From NCBI RefSeq assembly GCF_036971445.1, contig NC_091477.1, forward strand, positions 77,252,001 through 77,316,000: a DNA stretch of 64,000 nt, read 5' to 3'. A program made the translations under genes and the position numbers. Position 1 is the stretch's first letter; every line of letters starts with the position of its first letter. A model generated the notes under the pieces. The model saw only the letters and a list, made by a program, of their open reading frames with translations, ran no database searches and had not been told where the DNA came from. Below are positions 36,800 through 48,930 of the stretch, one piece after another. The stretch is from Narcine bancroftii. Its lineage: Eukaryota.

Positions 36800-39262
36800 T
36801 CTCTTGTTAGAGATGGTTATTGCCAAGCAAGGTGTTACTTGCCATTTGTCAACTTGTTCCAAAGTCAATCGAAATTTCTTCCTAAAAGATGGCCTCTCAG
36901 AGTGGCTTACAAAGCCCTCTAGACAGGCTCCTAGGCAGTCTGAAAGGCTGTCAGAAGGGGAAGAACAACGAGAAACAGAACAAAAAGGAGAGGAGGAAGA
37001 AGAAGAACAAAGTTCAGAGGAAATATTGGAAGAAGAAGGGGTAAGAAAGAACACATAAGCTATCCCTAAGTCTCAAGACCCAGTAGCTATGATTATGAAT
37101 GAGTTAAAGTTAATAAAACAAGATATTATGAGGTCGGAGGCTAAAGTTAATAAAGTATGTGAATTTGTTAAAGAAATACAATGAAAAATCAAGAAATGGA
37201 GGAAAAAAATTCAAAGTATTACTTTGGAAAATCAATTTCTTCTAGAAAAAAATAAATAAGGTGGATGAAGGGTAAGAAGAAGTGCTTGCGATGAATAAAC
37301 AGCTGTCTGAAAAAGTGGATTCACTTGAAAATTTTAGACAAAGGAACAATATTAAGATTATTGGCTTGAAAGAAGGAGAAGATATACAATTCCTACAACA
37401 TTGAATTCTGCAGACTTTTGTGGAAGTATATTTTTATGGAGATATTGAAATTGAGCGAGCCCACAGAGCTCTTAGACCCAAACCTCAACCAGATCAAAAG
37501 CCGAGGCCAATTTTGGGGAATTTTCTTCACTATCAAGTAAGGGAAACAATTCTAGAATTAGCAGCCAAACAAGGCTAAAGAAAGAAAACCACCTTTAAAA
37601 TTTGGAGGGAACAATATTTTCTTTTATCCTGACATAAGCTTTGAATTACTGAAGAAAAGAGTTTCAATCCAATTAAAAATATACTGTGGAAGAAGGGATA
37701 TACTTTCATTTTACGTTATCCTGCAACTTTGAAAGTATTTGCCCAAGGAGGTCCAAGTAGATTCTTTATGAATCCAGAACATGCTCAAGAACATGCAGAA
37801 CGGTTGCCAGAAGTTGACCCAAGGAGTGGACACTTGAAGATGGGGATTTATTTTACTTTGGTTAATGTCATTTGGAAAAGGTTTTGTAATATTGTGGAGA
37901 TGAGTATATTATACTCAGAAGAGCCAGAGATGTACTGACTGGTTCTTACCGAACCATGGAAGTTATTTTGTGACTTTGGTCGCAACCCGGAAAATGGAGG
38001 GTGGTAGCATTGCCTAGAGGTTTCACGACAATGCTGGAGGTGGGGGGGGGGGGGGGGGTCTTTCCTAAATTTATTTTTTTCTTCTATGTATGCAATAATT
38101 ATCTTTACCACTGGATTTTAGGATTTTTTTTATACTTAAGAGATTACTGAGGAGCCAGGGACTTATGAAGGTGAAATATCTTGGAGATTTGAAATTTCAG
38201 CTTCCAAATTTCGAGTGCTATTATAAAGTGACCCACTTACGATCTCTTTCTTCTCTTTTTGAGGAAGGAGAAAAAAGTGGTTTGGGATAATATAGAAATG
38301 AGTAAAAAAAGGTGAGTAAACATGGAAGGCCATTGGTACAAAAGAAATTGACCCCGTTTATCTAGAATAATATTAATGTTATTAACTGGTCAAGAAAAAA
38401 TGGAATAAAATCTATTAAAGATTGTTATCAGGCAGATATAGAATGAAAAATTTAACAAATGTTAGATACAGAAGGATGCAGTATAATTTCATACACTGGT
38501 TATACATTATACTGCAAAAACTTGATAGATTGAAGTCGGACAGTTCAGAAAAGTGCTTTTTGCTGTAAACAGGATATAGATACGTTTGAACATGGACATG
38601 TCCTAATTCAAATTCCTTTTGGACCAATAATAGACTTTTTTGAACAGGTATTAGACAGATTGTATATAGAAATGTGAAGTTTTGGAAAAGATTATATATA
38701 ATTTAAAGAATAGATATGATAATTTTTTGAGTATATGGTTTTCATATATGTAAAAAATTGGTGTTTTAATTTTATAGATAACTTATTACAATAGATTAAA
38801 ATATGATAAATACTTTATTACTCCCTGACTCTATTTCATTTTATTTCACTACTTTATTTGATGTTATTTGTATATTTATGTGTGTGTGTATATATACATA
38901 TATATATACTTAAATTTTGAAATAAGTGTTATATATTACATAATGGTGTCTTGCTTTACTATGTATTATATATTTTTAAAATATAACTGTAGTTGTAGTT
39001 ATTAGACATATTTAAACTACAATTTATTAATTAAATGATATCCAGTCTTGTGATAAAACTAGTCTATCTTTTTTTCCTTTCTTTGCTTTTTTTTTCTCTT
39101 GTCTCTTTTTTTGTTTCTTCTTAGGGGTTTTTCTAGGGGAATGGGTGGGAGGGTGGGAGGGGGGAAGAAAATTATTTTAAAAATGTATTGATTTTGATAT
39201 AAGAATTTTTAGCTTTGTATGTACTTTTGATATGCAAATAAAGCAAAATTTGAAAAAAAGAA
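36800..39262 (+). mobile_element. L1-clade LINE relic: ORF1 (RRM/CTD), mostly deleted ORF2, 3' UTR and A-tail
   Basis: KVDSLENFRQRNNIKIIGLKEGE, IEIERAHRALRPKP, IFFYPDIS-like, LRYPATLKV; ORF2 end YRRMQYNFIHWLY near 38465; AATAAA and A-tail at ~39237-39259. Confidence 0.85.
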
Positions 39263-40629
39263 TCTTCCAAAAATGCCAGGAGAGCTACTTATATAAGATG
39301 GGTCATGTAGGCACTGATTTTTATTGAGAGATAGGAGGAGAGTGCAGAGAAGATAGCAGAGTATGTGATGAGAAACCTGCAGGTATGATTCTCTGATGTA
39401 TTTTTGTTTATTCACTTTGAATAGGATCTGGGCAAGGAGTCTAATATTTTACAGCATTTTTATTTTGCAAGCGTAAAAATTTCCAGTGAAAACAGGAAAA
39501 TCAAACAGTTAGGATGGTCACTGATGTTAACCTGTCCCAGTGGATTTTCTCACACTTCCCTGAGACAATGCTGGGTGAAGGTACTCCCATAACAGGAGTT
39601 GTGGAATCTAGACTCAGCAACGATAATGGGCAGGCAATGTGTTTCCAAATCATGGAGGGTGTGTGTCTGGAAGGAGGGAAACCTGAAGCTGGTGATGTTC
39701 TATGCCTCTTTTGCTTTATTCTTTCTTGTTGGTAGAGGTCTCAGTTTTGGAAGTGCTACTGGGGTAACTCAGGCAAGTAAATGGAGGGAACACACCACAG
39801 CCATTGCAGAGAGCTGCTGGAAGCTGCAACAAAAAACTCTGCTGGAGGATCGAGCAGCATCAGTAGAAGAAAAAAAGTCAATTTTTTGTGTCGAAACCCT
39901 TCATCAAAACATTGTATCATAGTTGGCTATAATCTTTACAATGACCAGTGGAGTGCCAATCAAATTTGAGTAATTTGTGCTGGACAGTGTCGAGGTTCCA
40001 ATGTTCTCTGCATTGTTCTCAGTCTTCCTATGGGTATGTTATCCTGCTTGACAGGAAAGTCATATTATACCTTTTGTTTGCAGTTATTCAGAGGTTAGAG
40101 TGACAGTCCTGGCTACAGAAGAACATCGTCGAATGAGCCGATGCTGCAGTGATGAGAGACGGAACGGGAGAGGTGGGAGAGTGATCTTGGGATGAGAGGA
40201 ATCTGATGGACATCATTGTCCACAGGAGGCATGATTTTTTTAATTTTTTTTATTTTTCACACTATGGACCATACCAACCAAAATACACACAAACATTTCC
40301 CTCTTGAATATACACAGTGTCATTTTCTCAATGTTCATGCAAAGGGGCCATGGAGACCCTCCATGGCTGAGGCAGATGGGAGTTATCATCTAGATGGCCC
40401 TGAGGATTAGAGTGCAATCTATCAATATCTGCATTTTGAATAACTACACTCAGAAAAATGCACGTCTTGCCCTCTCTGCTCCTGAGGGAGGACAGAAAAG
40501 CAGAGGAAATCTCTCCTATTTAAGCATGGAGTTTGGTTGACCTCACTTTTGCAGCCTGGAATAATCCCAGGATTGTTAGATCATGATCCTGACTTGCCTG
40601 GACAAAGCCCTCAAGGTACACCCGAGAGT

Positions 40630-40850
40630 TAGTGTTTGATATTTAGCACAATTATATTACAGTGCTCGTGACCTGGTTCGTATCTGGCATTGTCTGTAAG
40701 GAGTTTGTATGTTTTCCCGTATTTGTATAGATTTCTTCCAGCTGCTCCAGTTTCCTCCTGAATTCTAAAGGCATACGAGTCTTGTAGGTTAATTGGTCAC
40801 ATAGGTGTATTTGGGGGATACAGGCTCATGTGCTGGAAGGGCCCGTATTT
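40630..40850 (+). mobile_element. V-SINE (decayed)
   Basis: TGTCTGTAAGGAGTTTGTATGTTTTCCCGT...GCTCCAGTTTCCTCC. Confidence 0.75.
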
Positions 40851-42532
40851 CCAAGTTAATATTGAAATCGAAATGGGTTAGTTATCTCAGTGCCTTCAAA
40901 GGCCAAGCAAAGGACAAAGATTTCTTAGTATTTTGTGAACATGACTATAAATGGAATCTTGAATTAGTGAAGACAAAGAATGCCTGTTGGATGTTGCAGT
41001 TTAAATAGATTTGTTTATTTTAATTATTAAACAAAATAAAGAGATAGTTGTGGTTTTCATGGGTTCTTGGTCTCTGTTAATTAGCAATGCATTTTGAGAT
41101 GAAAAGAAAATCTGAGTGTCTGAATGGCTTGCAGACAGTTCAGAGCTTCTCCCTGAGGCAGATCTTCGGTATGGCTACAACTCTGGAATGAATCTCTTGG
41201 AATCATCCAGGATTGTACTGTACACTTCAATGAGAATGACAGGGATGAGGGGTTTCCTGAACTCTGAGGCAGGCATTATACCTCCCAATGGAACAATTAT
41301 AGAACTGTGAGCATTCACCGCAGATGAGCTTTCATAAGCCCCAGTTTGGCCCTGATTATTTGCACTGTATTGATTAATTATGTTTGATAGACCTTGACAA
41401 ATTGTAAGACATTGTGACCTGCTGCTTCTCTCTGTAGACAGTTCAAAACTTCCCCTTTTTATGGAATAGGGAATAAAAGACTGTCTTGGTAAAATCCAAC
41501 AAAAGTGCAGTCTTTTAATGTGCTCAATAAAGTATTGATGGAACTGGACAGTGAAAGGTCACTCTTACCTTTGTTTATGTCTCCCTAGATGCTACCTTAC
41601 ATGCTAATTTTTGCAGAATTCAATTTTTTATTTCTGATTTCTAGCATCTGCCATGCTTTATTTTGGATTGATTCAACTATGTCTGATTTATTTTGAGTGA
41701 AACATGGAAGTCTGCAGCTGTTGTGATTGTAATAAAAATACAGAAATGCTGGAGGATCTCAGCAAGTCTCACAGCGCAGATAGGATGTAAAGATATATTA
41801 CCGACGTTTTGGCCCTGAGCCCTTCTTCAAGGTATGATCAAAGCAGGCAGGCGCTGAATAAAAGAAATGCAAAGGATGAGGAATACAGACCAATAGACAA
41901 AAGGTGATCATTGGATATGGAGAAGAGGCCAGGAGATAGGAAAGGTGAGAATCGATAGGGGGGAGGGGTGGTGTTGCTCTGTGAATGCAGAGTTGGGATA
42001 AAGGAGACAGAGGGAAAAGAGAGCTATAGGAAGGGATAAATGGGAGAAGAGGAGTGGCTACAGAAAATGGAGAAGTTAATGTTACTGCCATCTGGTTGGA
42101 GGGTGCCCGAATTGAATATGAGATGTTGTTCCTCCAGTTTGCAGGTCAGTAAGGGAAAGGGGAAATGTCAGTAAGGGAATGGGGCGAGGATTTAAAATGG
42201 GTGACCACTGGGAGTTCTGTGCAATTACGGTGGGCAGAGCTGAAGTGGTCAGCAAAGCAATCTCCCAGTCTTCGTCAAGTCTCTCTGATGTAGAGGAGAC
42301 CACAATGGGAGCACCGGATGAAGTGGATGACCCCTTCAGATTCACAAGTATTGCATCATTTGGAAGGACTGTTTGGGGCCCTGAATGGTGGTGAAGGACA
42401 AGGTGTGGATGCAAGTGGACCATCTTCTGCGGTCGCAAGGGTAGGTGCCAGGTGGCGGTGGGTGGGACAAGGGAGTCACAGAGGGAGCAGACCCTGGCTA
42501 CCCCTTTGACTTGGAGAATGTGGGATAAATCA

Positions 42533-43326
42533 CGATGAGAAATACAATAAATACGAGGCTACGTATGATACAATATAATTGGTTACACAGACTATACATT
42601 ACACCGCAAAAGTTAAATAAATGGGACCCAACAGTATCTGATAGATGTTTTCGATGTAAAAAAGAAATGGGAACAACAATTCATGCAATCTGGACATGTG
42701 AGAGAGTAGAAAAATTTTGGGATGATCTCAATCAGATATTAAATAAAATAACAGAAAACAATATACCAAAGAATCCAGAGATCTTTCTCCTAAGTAACAT
42801 AAAAAACAAAGAATTTGGAATTGATTAAGAGGATGCACAAAAAAGATTTGTTAAGATAGCCCTAGCCGTAGCAAAAAAATGTATTATGTCAACCTGGAAA
42901 TTGGAAGATAATTTGAAAATACAACAATGGTATATAGAAATGAATAAATGTATTCCATTAGAAAAAATAACATATAGTTTAAGAAATAATATTGAAATAT
43001 TCGAACAAGTATGGGAGCCTTACATTAAATACAATAGCGAAAACCTACCGGGGACAAACATTACCTAAGTTGATGGAAGGAGAAGGAAAGAAAAGAATGG
43101 ACTCAGTAGAATTTCTGGTGTATTTTTGTTGAATGACAACATTGTCTGACCGGTTTAATGCAACCTAGATTGTATACCTAAAATGGATGAGAGGGGGGGT
43201 AGGGGGGTGGCTTGGGAGGAGGGAGGGGGGGGGGAGAAAAAGTCACTGTATATGTGTGAAAAAGAAAAAGTGTATATCATGGCTAATGTGATTTATGGTG
43301 TGAAAAATAAAAAATTATAAAAAAAA
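42533..43326 (+). mobile_element. Young 5'-truncated L1-clade LINE, perfect 19-bp TSD
   Basis: RLRMIQYNWLHRLYITP...CFRCKKEMGTTIHAIWTC (cysteine-rich ORF2 end); AATAAA and poly-A; GAGAATGTGGGATAAATCA at 42514-42532 and 43327-43345. Confidence 0.95.
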
Positions 43327-43740
43327 GAGAATGTGGGATAAATCAAAGAAGTTATTGAAGGTGAAGACAAGTTCTGCCATCTAGAGGAGGCTAATGATGG
43401 AGCGGGACTGGGTAGGTCTGCTGTTGAGAAAGAACCAAAGAACTTTGAGGCCTTCGATATGGGAGATGGAGGTGTATAGAGATTGGATATCCATAGTAAA
43501 GATGAGGCAGTTGAATCCAGGGAACTGTAAGTTGAAGAAACTGGATGGCCTGTTAAGTATCCCAGATGTAGATAGGGATGTTAAAATGGAGTTGAGGTAA
43601 GTGGAGACCAATTCAGTGGGGCAAGAGCATGTGGAAATGATGGGTCCATCAGGACAATTAGGTTTGTGGATCTACCGGAAGTGATGTGTTCAGAAATAGT
43701 CCATGAACCAGTGGTTTGATGAGTTTTAGCGGGTCCTGAT

Positions 43741-45188
43741 TAGTGGGTGCCGGAATAAGGTATTTCAGGGCCTGTAACATTTATTTTAAAAGGGCTCTAA
43801 ATTCTGCCAGCTGGCACATGTGTGGTGAGGGGGAACTGTGACAGCAGGGCACACACAGGGTTGGAGGAACCAATTTGGGCCATCACTACTATTTCATATT
43901 GTAAAACAAAGCTGGAGATTAGAATTCTTTAAAGCAACATCATTTCCAGCATACAACATGTTTAGATATTCATTTATTGACACCTGCAGGTCGATTATCC
44001 TTACATGGAATAATTTTATTTTAAAAATGGATATTGTCATTACTTGTGGCAACTCTCTCTCTCTCGCAATGTTATACTTCGACTATGTAAACAATTAGCC
44101 ATCTATGCATTTCTGTGGACGCGCTGCTAAAAGTCGGGAATAGATGGAAAGATTTCTTAAGATTAACTAAAGACTGCATCACATTTTCAAACCATCTAAC
44201 TTGCTGTCTGCCTTGCAGTTGCTCTATTTCGTAGCTACTGATTCTCTTGGCATTTTTGTAGCGCCACATCGATTAAACGATCCGGATTCCAGATTAGCTC
44301 CCTGGTCACAGCCGCAACGGTCTCCTCGTCAGACAGATCTGACCTTATTGACTCCTGTAGGAAATAATAAAGGCTGTTCACGTTTCTAAGAAGATTGTTG
44401 CAGCTAATAATTAAGTAATCATGGCACACCTCCTGGAATAACCAGTCTGCAACTTGCCTCTGACCGCAATGAGCCTGTGTCTCTTTTTCCTAAGTATTGG
44501 GAGGTGTTATGTTATTGGTTTTCTTTCTTGTAATGCTCCACATTATCCAATTAGGTGCAAAGAACTTTTCACTACTGAGTCTTCCAGGTAACCAGAAACC
44601 GACAAGTTAGTACGGCAATGAGACAAAACTTCAACATTCGTCGCCATAAAGAATCTACATTAAAACAAAACTTACAGTACTGGCTCAATGCAGGATCATT
44701 GCTCTGTCTTTCACTGGTGCTAACATTGGCAGAGCAATTCCAGCTACGTGGGGGATTATAGGTAACAAAGATGGCCATTGTTCCCGCGTTGAGGCATCTC
44801 CGCGAGCTGCCAGGGAGGCCCCGAAGCTGCCTGATCAGATGCCAGAGCGGCGCTCCAGTGAACTCTGGCAGCACTGCACCCCTGCTGCCACATCAAGAGT
44901 TAGATGGCAAGGGGGGTGATGGACAGCTATGAGATGCAACACACCCATAATCTATGTGAATAACCCCGATTAAAGGTGATAATTGGATAAAATCGCTAAC
45001 CTTAAGATTACCTTTAATCAGGGTTATTAAGATAGACTATCAGTGTGGTATCTCATAGCCACTGCACAAGGATGAAAACAAAACTTTTTAAGTTTATAAT
45101 TCATATTTCTGTCGTAAACAGTGGGGCCCTTTAAAATGCATGGTCCGTAGCATATTCAACTTTCGCTACTATGTTAATCCGTCCCTAG
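43741..45188. mobile_element. Probable non-autonomous DNA transposon with hAT-like ends
   Basis: PLE sequence appears to continue across it; ends GCCGGAATAAGG...GGGCC and GGGGCCC...GTTAATCCGTCCCTA; no clean TSD. Confidence 0.55.
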
Positions 45189-46991
45189 TTGGAAGGGTAA
45201 GTAAGAGGAGATGTCTGAGAGTTGTCATTTGGCTTCAGCCAGATAAAGGTCAGTATGCTAGACCACAACAGAGCTAGTCTTGTCTGGGGTTTGGTGGTGA
45301 CATTGGGATTAGTGAGGAGAGAGTGGAGGACCAGGTATTCCGAGGGGGTGAGATTGGAATGGTTAAGGGGATGAAGTCTAGACGGTTGATGTCTCGGTGG
45401 TAGTTGGAAGCATAAAGGACCAGAGTAGGCAGAAGGCCGGAATGAGGTGTCCAGGAGGATGAAGAAGGTTTAAAGTGGGAGAAGGGATCTGTAGTGAGGG
45501 GTGGAGAATCCTGGTTGTAGAAATGGTCTTGGAGATGGAGCCGACAGAAGAAGAGTTCAGAGTCATGGCGTGCACGGAATTTATTGAGGTGTGGGAAAAA
45601 AGTAAGGCCTCTTCTAAGGATAGAGCATTCCATCTCTGAGAGGGGAAGGTCTGAAAGAATCGTAAAGACCCAGCCAGGAGCTGGGGGGAGTGTCAATGGG
45701 GTGGAGGGTGTTGGGGGGAGGAGGAGGGAGAGGTGGATCAGGAGGTGGAGGATTAGAAGAATCCAAGGGAGGAAGGGGAGTATTGGGGAAGTCAGAAGTG
45801 GGTGGAGGAGAGTGAGGGGGGCAGTGAGAGAGTTCACAGTGGAGGCTTGGTCAAATGGGCTGGCAGGGTCAGGGTGGGAGTTCGAATTGGAGGGTTGGTC
45901 TTGTTGGCTACCAGGGCCAGGAATGGTGTTTGCGACAGAGGCTCAGTCCGGTAGGGTGCTGGGCCCATGGTTCAAGTTCTCCTTGGAGGCTTGGTCATTT
46001 TTATTTTGAACCCTGTTTGATTTCCTAATCTTTGCATTGTTCAAATAGACTACCCTGCTTTATTAAGGAAAAGGCAGGCAAGATGATGGAATGAGCAGTA
46101 TGGAATATTTAATGTTTTATTTCAGGTTTCCAGCACCTGCTGCCTTTCGCTGTTGGTGATGTAGAACATATTTCTTCCTGAAACATTGTAAAACATCAAT
46201 AGGGACCATAATCTGGACTGGAAGACCTTGTCTTTGATCTCATAAAGAATATGGCAAAACCTCTCTTGATTGACTTTTGAAGATTGTTACAAATGACGTG
46301 TTGAATCTAAGAATGAAACAGGCTTTACAAGCAAGATTTGGGAAGATGGACGGGTAGAATTGCATCTTTTTTTCTGATGGAACAAAAGAAAACTGGATGC
46401 TGGTCTGCTGTTTTCATAAAATCAGCATTTTAATTATATTCCATAAGTAGCTACTTCAATGATGTTTACATCTTTATACATAGTAAGAGTTGCCCACATG
46501 ATGGGAGTCGGGGCACTAATGTAGGGTAAAGACTCCTTTGCATGTAATTGGGAAAATTTTGATCTTATTCAGTGCCACTACAGTCCTTATATAGGAATGG
46601 CAGCATGCCGTCATCTTGGGATCAGAGCAGACACTTTCCTGACAAATATACCTTAATGATCAAGGAGAAGCAGGAGGGTCTCAGCAGGCCAGCCAATATC
46701 CTGCTTAACCTCATTTGGTATAGCTTTTAAAAAATATATTTAATTGGTCAAAACCTACATCCTAAATCTTTACTTGCTAACATTTTCCACTTCCTCTGAG
46801 TATTCATGCAAGCTGAGAGTTTCATTATATTTAAGCCAATAAAAAATTGATGATAATATTGGGAAGAGAAGTTAAACCATGGTACGGAGAAGTAAACAAC
46901 TGACATTCTCTTTACTGCCATTTTAATTGCAGTATTCCATATTAGAGGGCTCTTTCTGCCTGGTTAATCCAACTTCCTTTTTTTTCTTAAG

Positions 46992-47015
46992 TTGGTCAGC
47001 ATCCTGCAGCAACAG
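46992..47015 (+). other. Candidate 24-nt microexon
   Basis: Long U-rich tract ending TTCTTAAG|, donor CAG|GTAAAC, TGCATG at 47044-47049. Confidence 0.35.
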
Positions 47016-48676
47016 GTAAACCCAGCGACATGCTTTTATGGCCTGCATGATATTTCAATTTATTCTAATTATTTCTACTCTGATTCCTGAATGTAGGAAG
47101 CATTAACAATGCAGTGTCAAGGTATGATCACATAAGAATTAATTATATCTGTGCAGCTAGTAATGAGGTCCTTGCAATATAATCCCTCCTTCTTTTCCCT
47201 CCTCTGCATTTGGTCTTGTCTCTCTGTTTAGAAGCAAGCTCTCTAACAGTTAGTGAAAAGCAAAACAAAATGAGATGTGGGAAATATGAACTAGATGCCG
47301 AAAATGCAAGAAGAACTCAACAGCATCTGTGGTGAAGAAGAAACAGATCAATGTTCCACTCTCCACAGATGCTGGCTGGTCCAAATGAGTCCTTCTAATA
47401 TTTTCTGTTATTAATTGAAATCAGTGAGTTTATTTTTAAGACAATTAACAATGCTTGTGAAGATGGATTGATAAATGTCTTCAAAGAGACAAACCTTTGG
47501 TCTTTTACTTAATTAAAAATCAGTGGCATCCTATTTCTGAACTGGGACTGACTGAACAGTTTTACTGTGATCACAGGTTTTCTTTCTTTTAGCATATCTT
47601 TTGGTAATTCCCTTCGAGTTTCATGATAATAGATGCTGTGGATAATAGATTATCTATATTCTAATTAAAATATATACTTTTGGCACTAATCCCAGTATTG
47701 TGTCTTATTTGCTATCAACAGAGATAAATTTTCAGTGCTTGCTTTGAATAGATCAAGGAGAGATGAGGTAAAATTGCTGTTGATTAGTTTAGCCCAGCTA
47801 GGGAATTAAAATAAACTCATCCATATGCACTTATTAGGTTATAGTAGTTTATGGTTTTTTAATTGAAACTTTTGAATTAATATTCCAGGAAGAACCTTCA
47901 CAAACCTTTTTGGAATATTTATTTATTATGTTGTCCCATTTTTCTCCCTGATGGTATTTTAGTTCTTTTTTTTTCATAGTTTATATATTAATAGAAAAAA
48001 TGCATTGAATTAATTTATGTAAATTCAGGTGCCCTTAGCTGATCTTTTTAAAATGTTAACTGATGGCTGGTTTTCCTTTTACGATAACTGGTGCCTTTAC
48101 CATTCAGTGCATGGGTATCAAGGACTAATTCTGGTATTCATTTGGCTAATTTTTTGTGAATTTGTCTTGGGAATTTTGGCATGCACCTGACAATATGCAA
48201 GATGGCCCAGATATTGGTCTACGCTCAATCAGCAGCAAAGTGATGGAACCTGATATCAAATGGCACCAACTCTCAATTAACCTGATCACCATAACCCAAA
48301 CTTGGCTCCAAACTGCATTGGAGCCTTTGTTCAAATTTAGGCCAAAATGTTGAAGTGAATTATTTATTATTGTGTCTATTGAGGTACAGTGAAAAGATTT
48401 GTTTTTTGTGCTATCCAAGAAAGTAAACTCATGCACCAGACAGTGCAATAATAAAACAAAAGTGTAAATTATACAGAAGAGTACAGTTAAAACAGTAAAA
48501 GGGCATCGTCTTTAAACAACGAGAGGTCTGTTTGAGTCTGATAATACCAGGAAAGTAACTGTTCTTGAAACTGGAGGTTCGTGTTCACTTTTGTCCAATT
48601 GAAAGGGGATGGGGGAGAAAATGGTAAGAATTCTAGAGGTGAAGTGATGGACTGCTCTTGACATAGAGGCAGTATT

Positions 48677-48930
48677 GGGTGGCGCATTTAGCATAGCAGA
48701 AAGTGCATCAATGTTACAGCGCCAGCAACCAAGACAGGAGTTTGAATCCCACACTGTGTGTAAGGAGTTTGTACATTCTCTCCATGTCTGTGTGGATTTC
48801 CTCTGGGTATTCCAGTTTCCTTCCACCTCCAAACCTACTGGGGTTTGTAGGTCAATTGGGTTTATTTGGGCGGCACGGGCTCATGGACCGAAAGGGCCTG
48901 TTACCATGTGGCATGTCTAAATTTTAAATT
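48677..48930 (+). mobile_element. V-SINE
   Basis: tRNA-like head, core GTAAGGAGTTTGTACATTCTCTCCATGTCTGTGTGG, tail GGGCCTGTTACCATGTGGCATGTCTAAA. Confidence 0.85.

Larger units (their letters stand above)
41697..46010 (-). mobile_element. Penelope-like retroelement relic (RT, GIY-YIG and terminal repeat), interrupted by an L1 (42533-43326) and a 1.45-kb insertion (43741-45188)
   Basis: SDLPLSEMECSILRRGLTF; LIFTMDIQSLYTSISH-EGLK (PLE RT); GIY-YIG-type region ~42080-42350; terminal repeat at 41697-41835. Confidence 0.88.

Noticed and set aside
44040-44560. Initially looked like a conserved non-coding element
   Set aside because: Lies inside an insertion that splits a Penelope element, so it is unlikely to be an ancient CNE at this position
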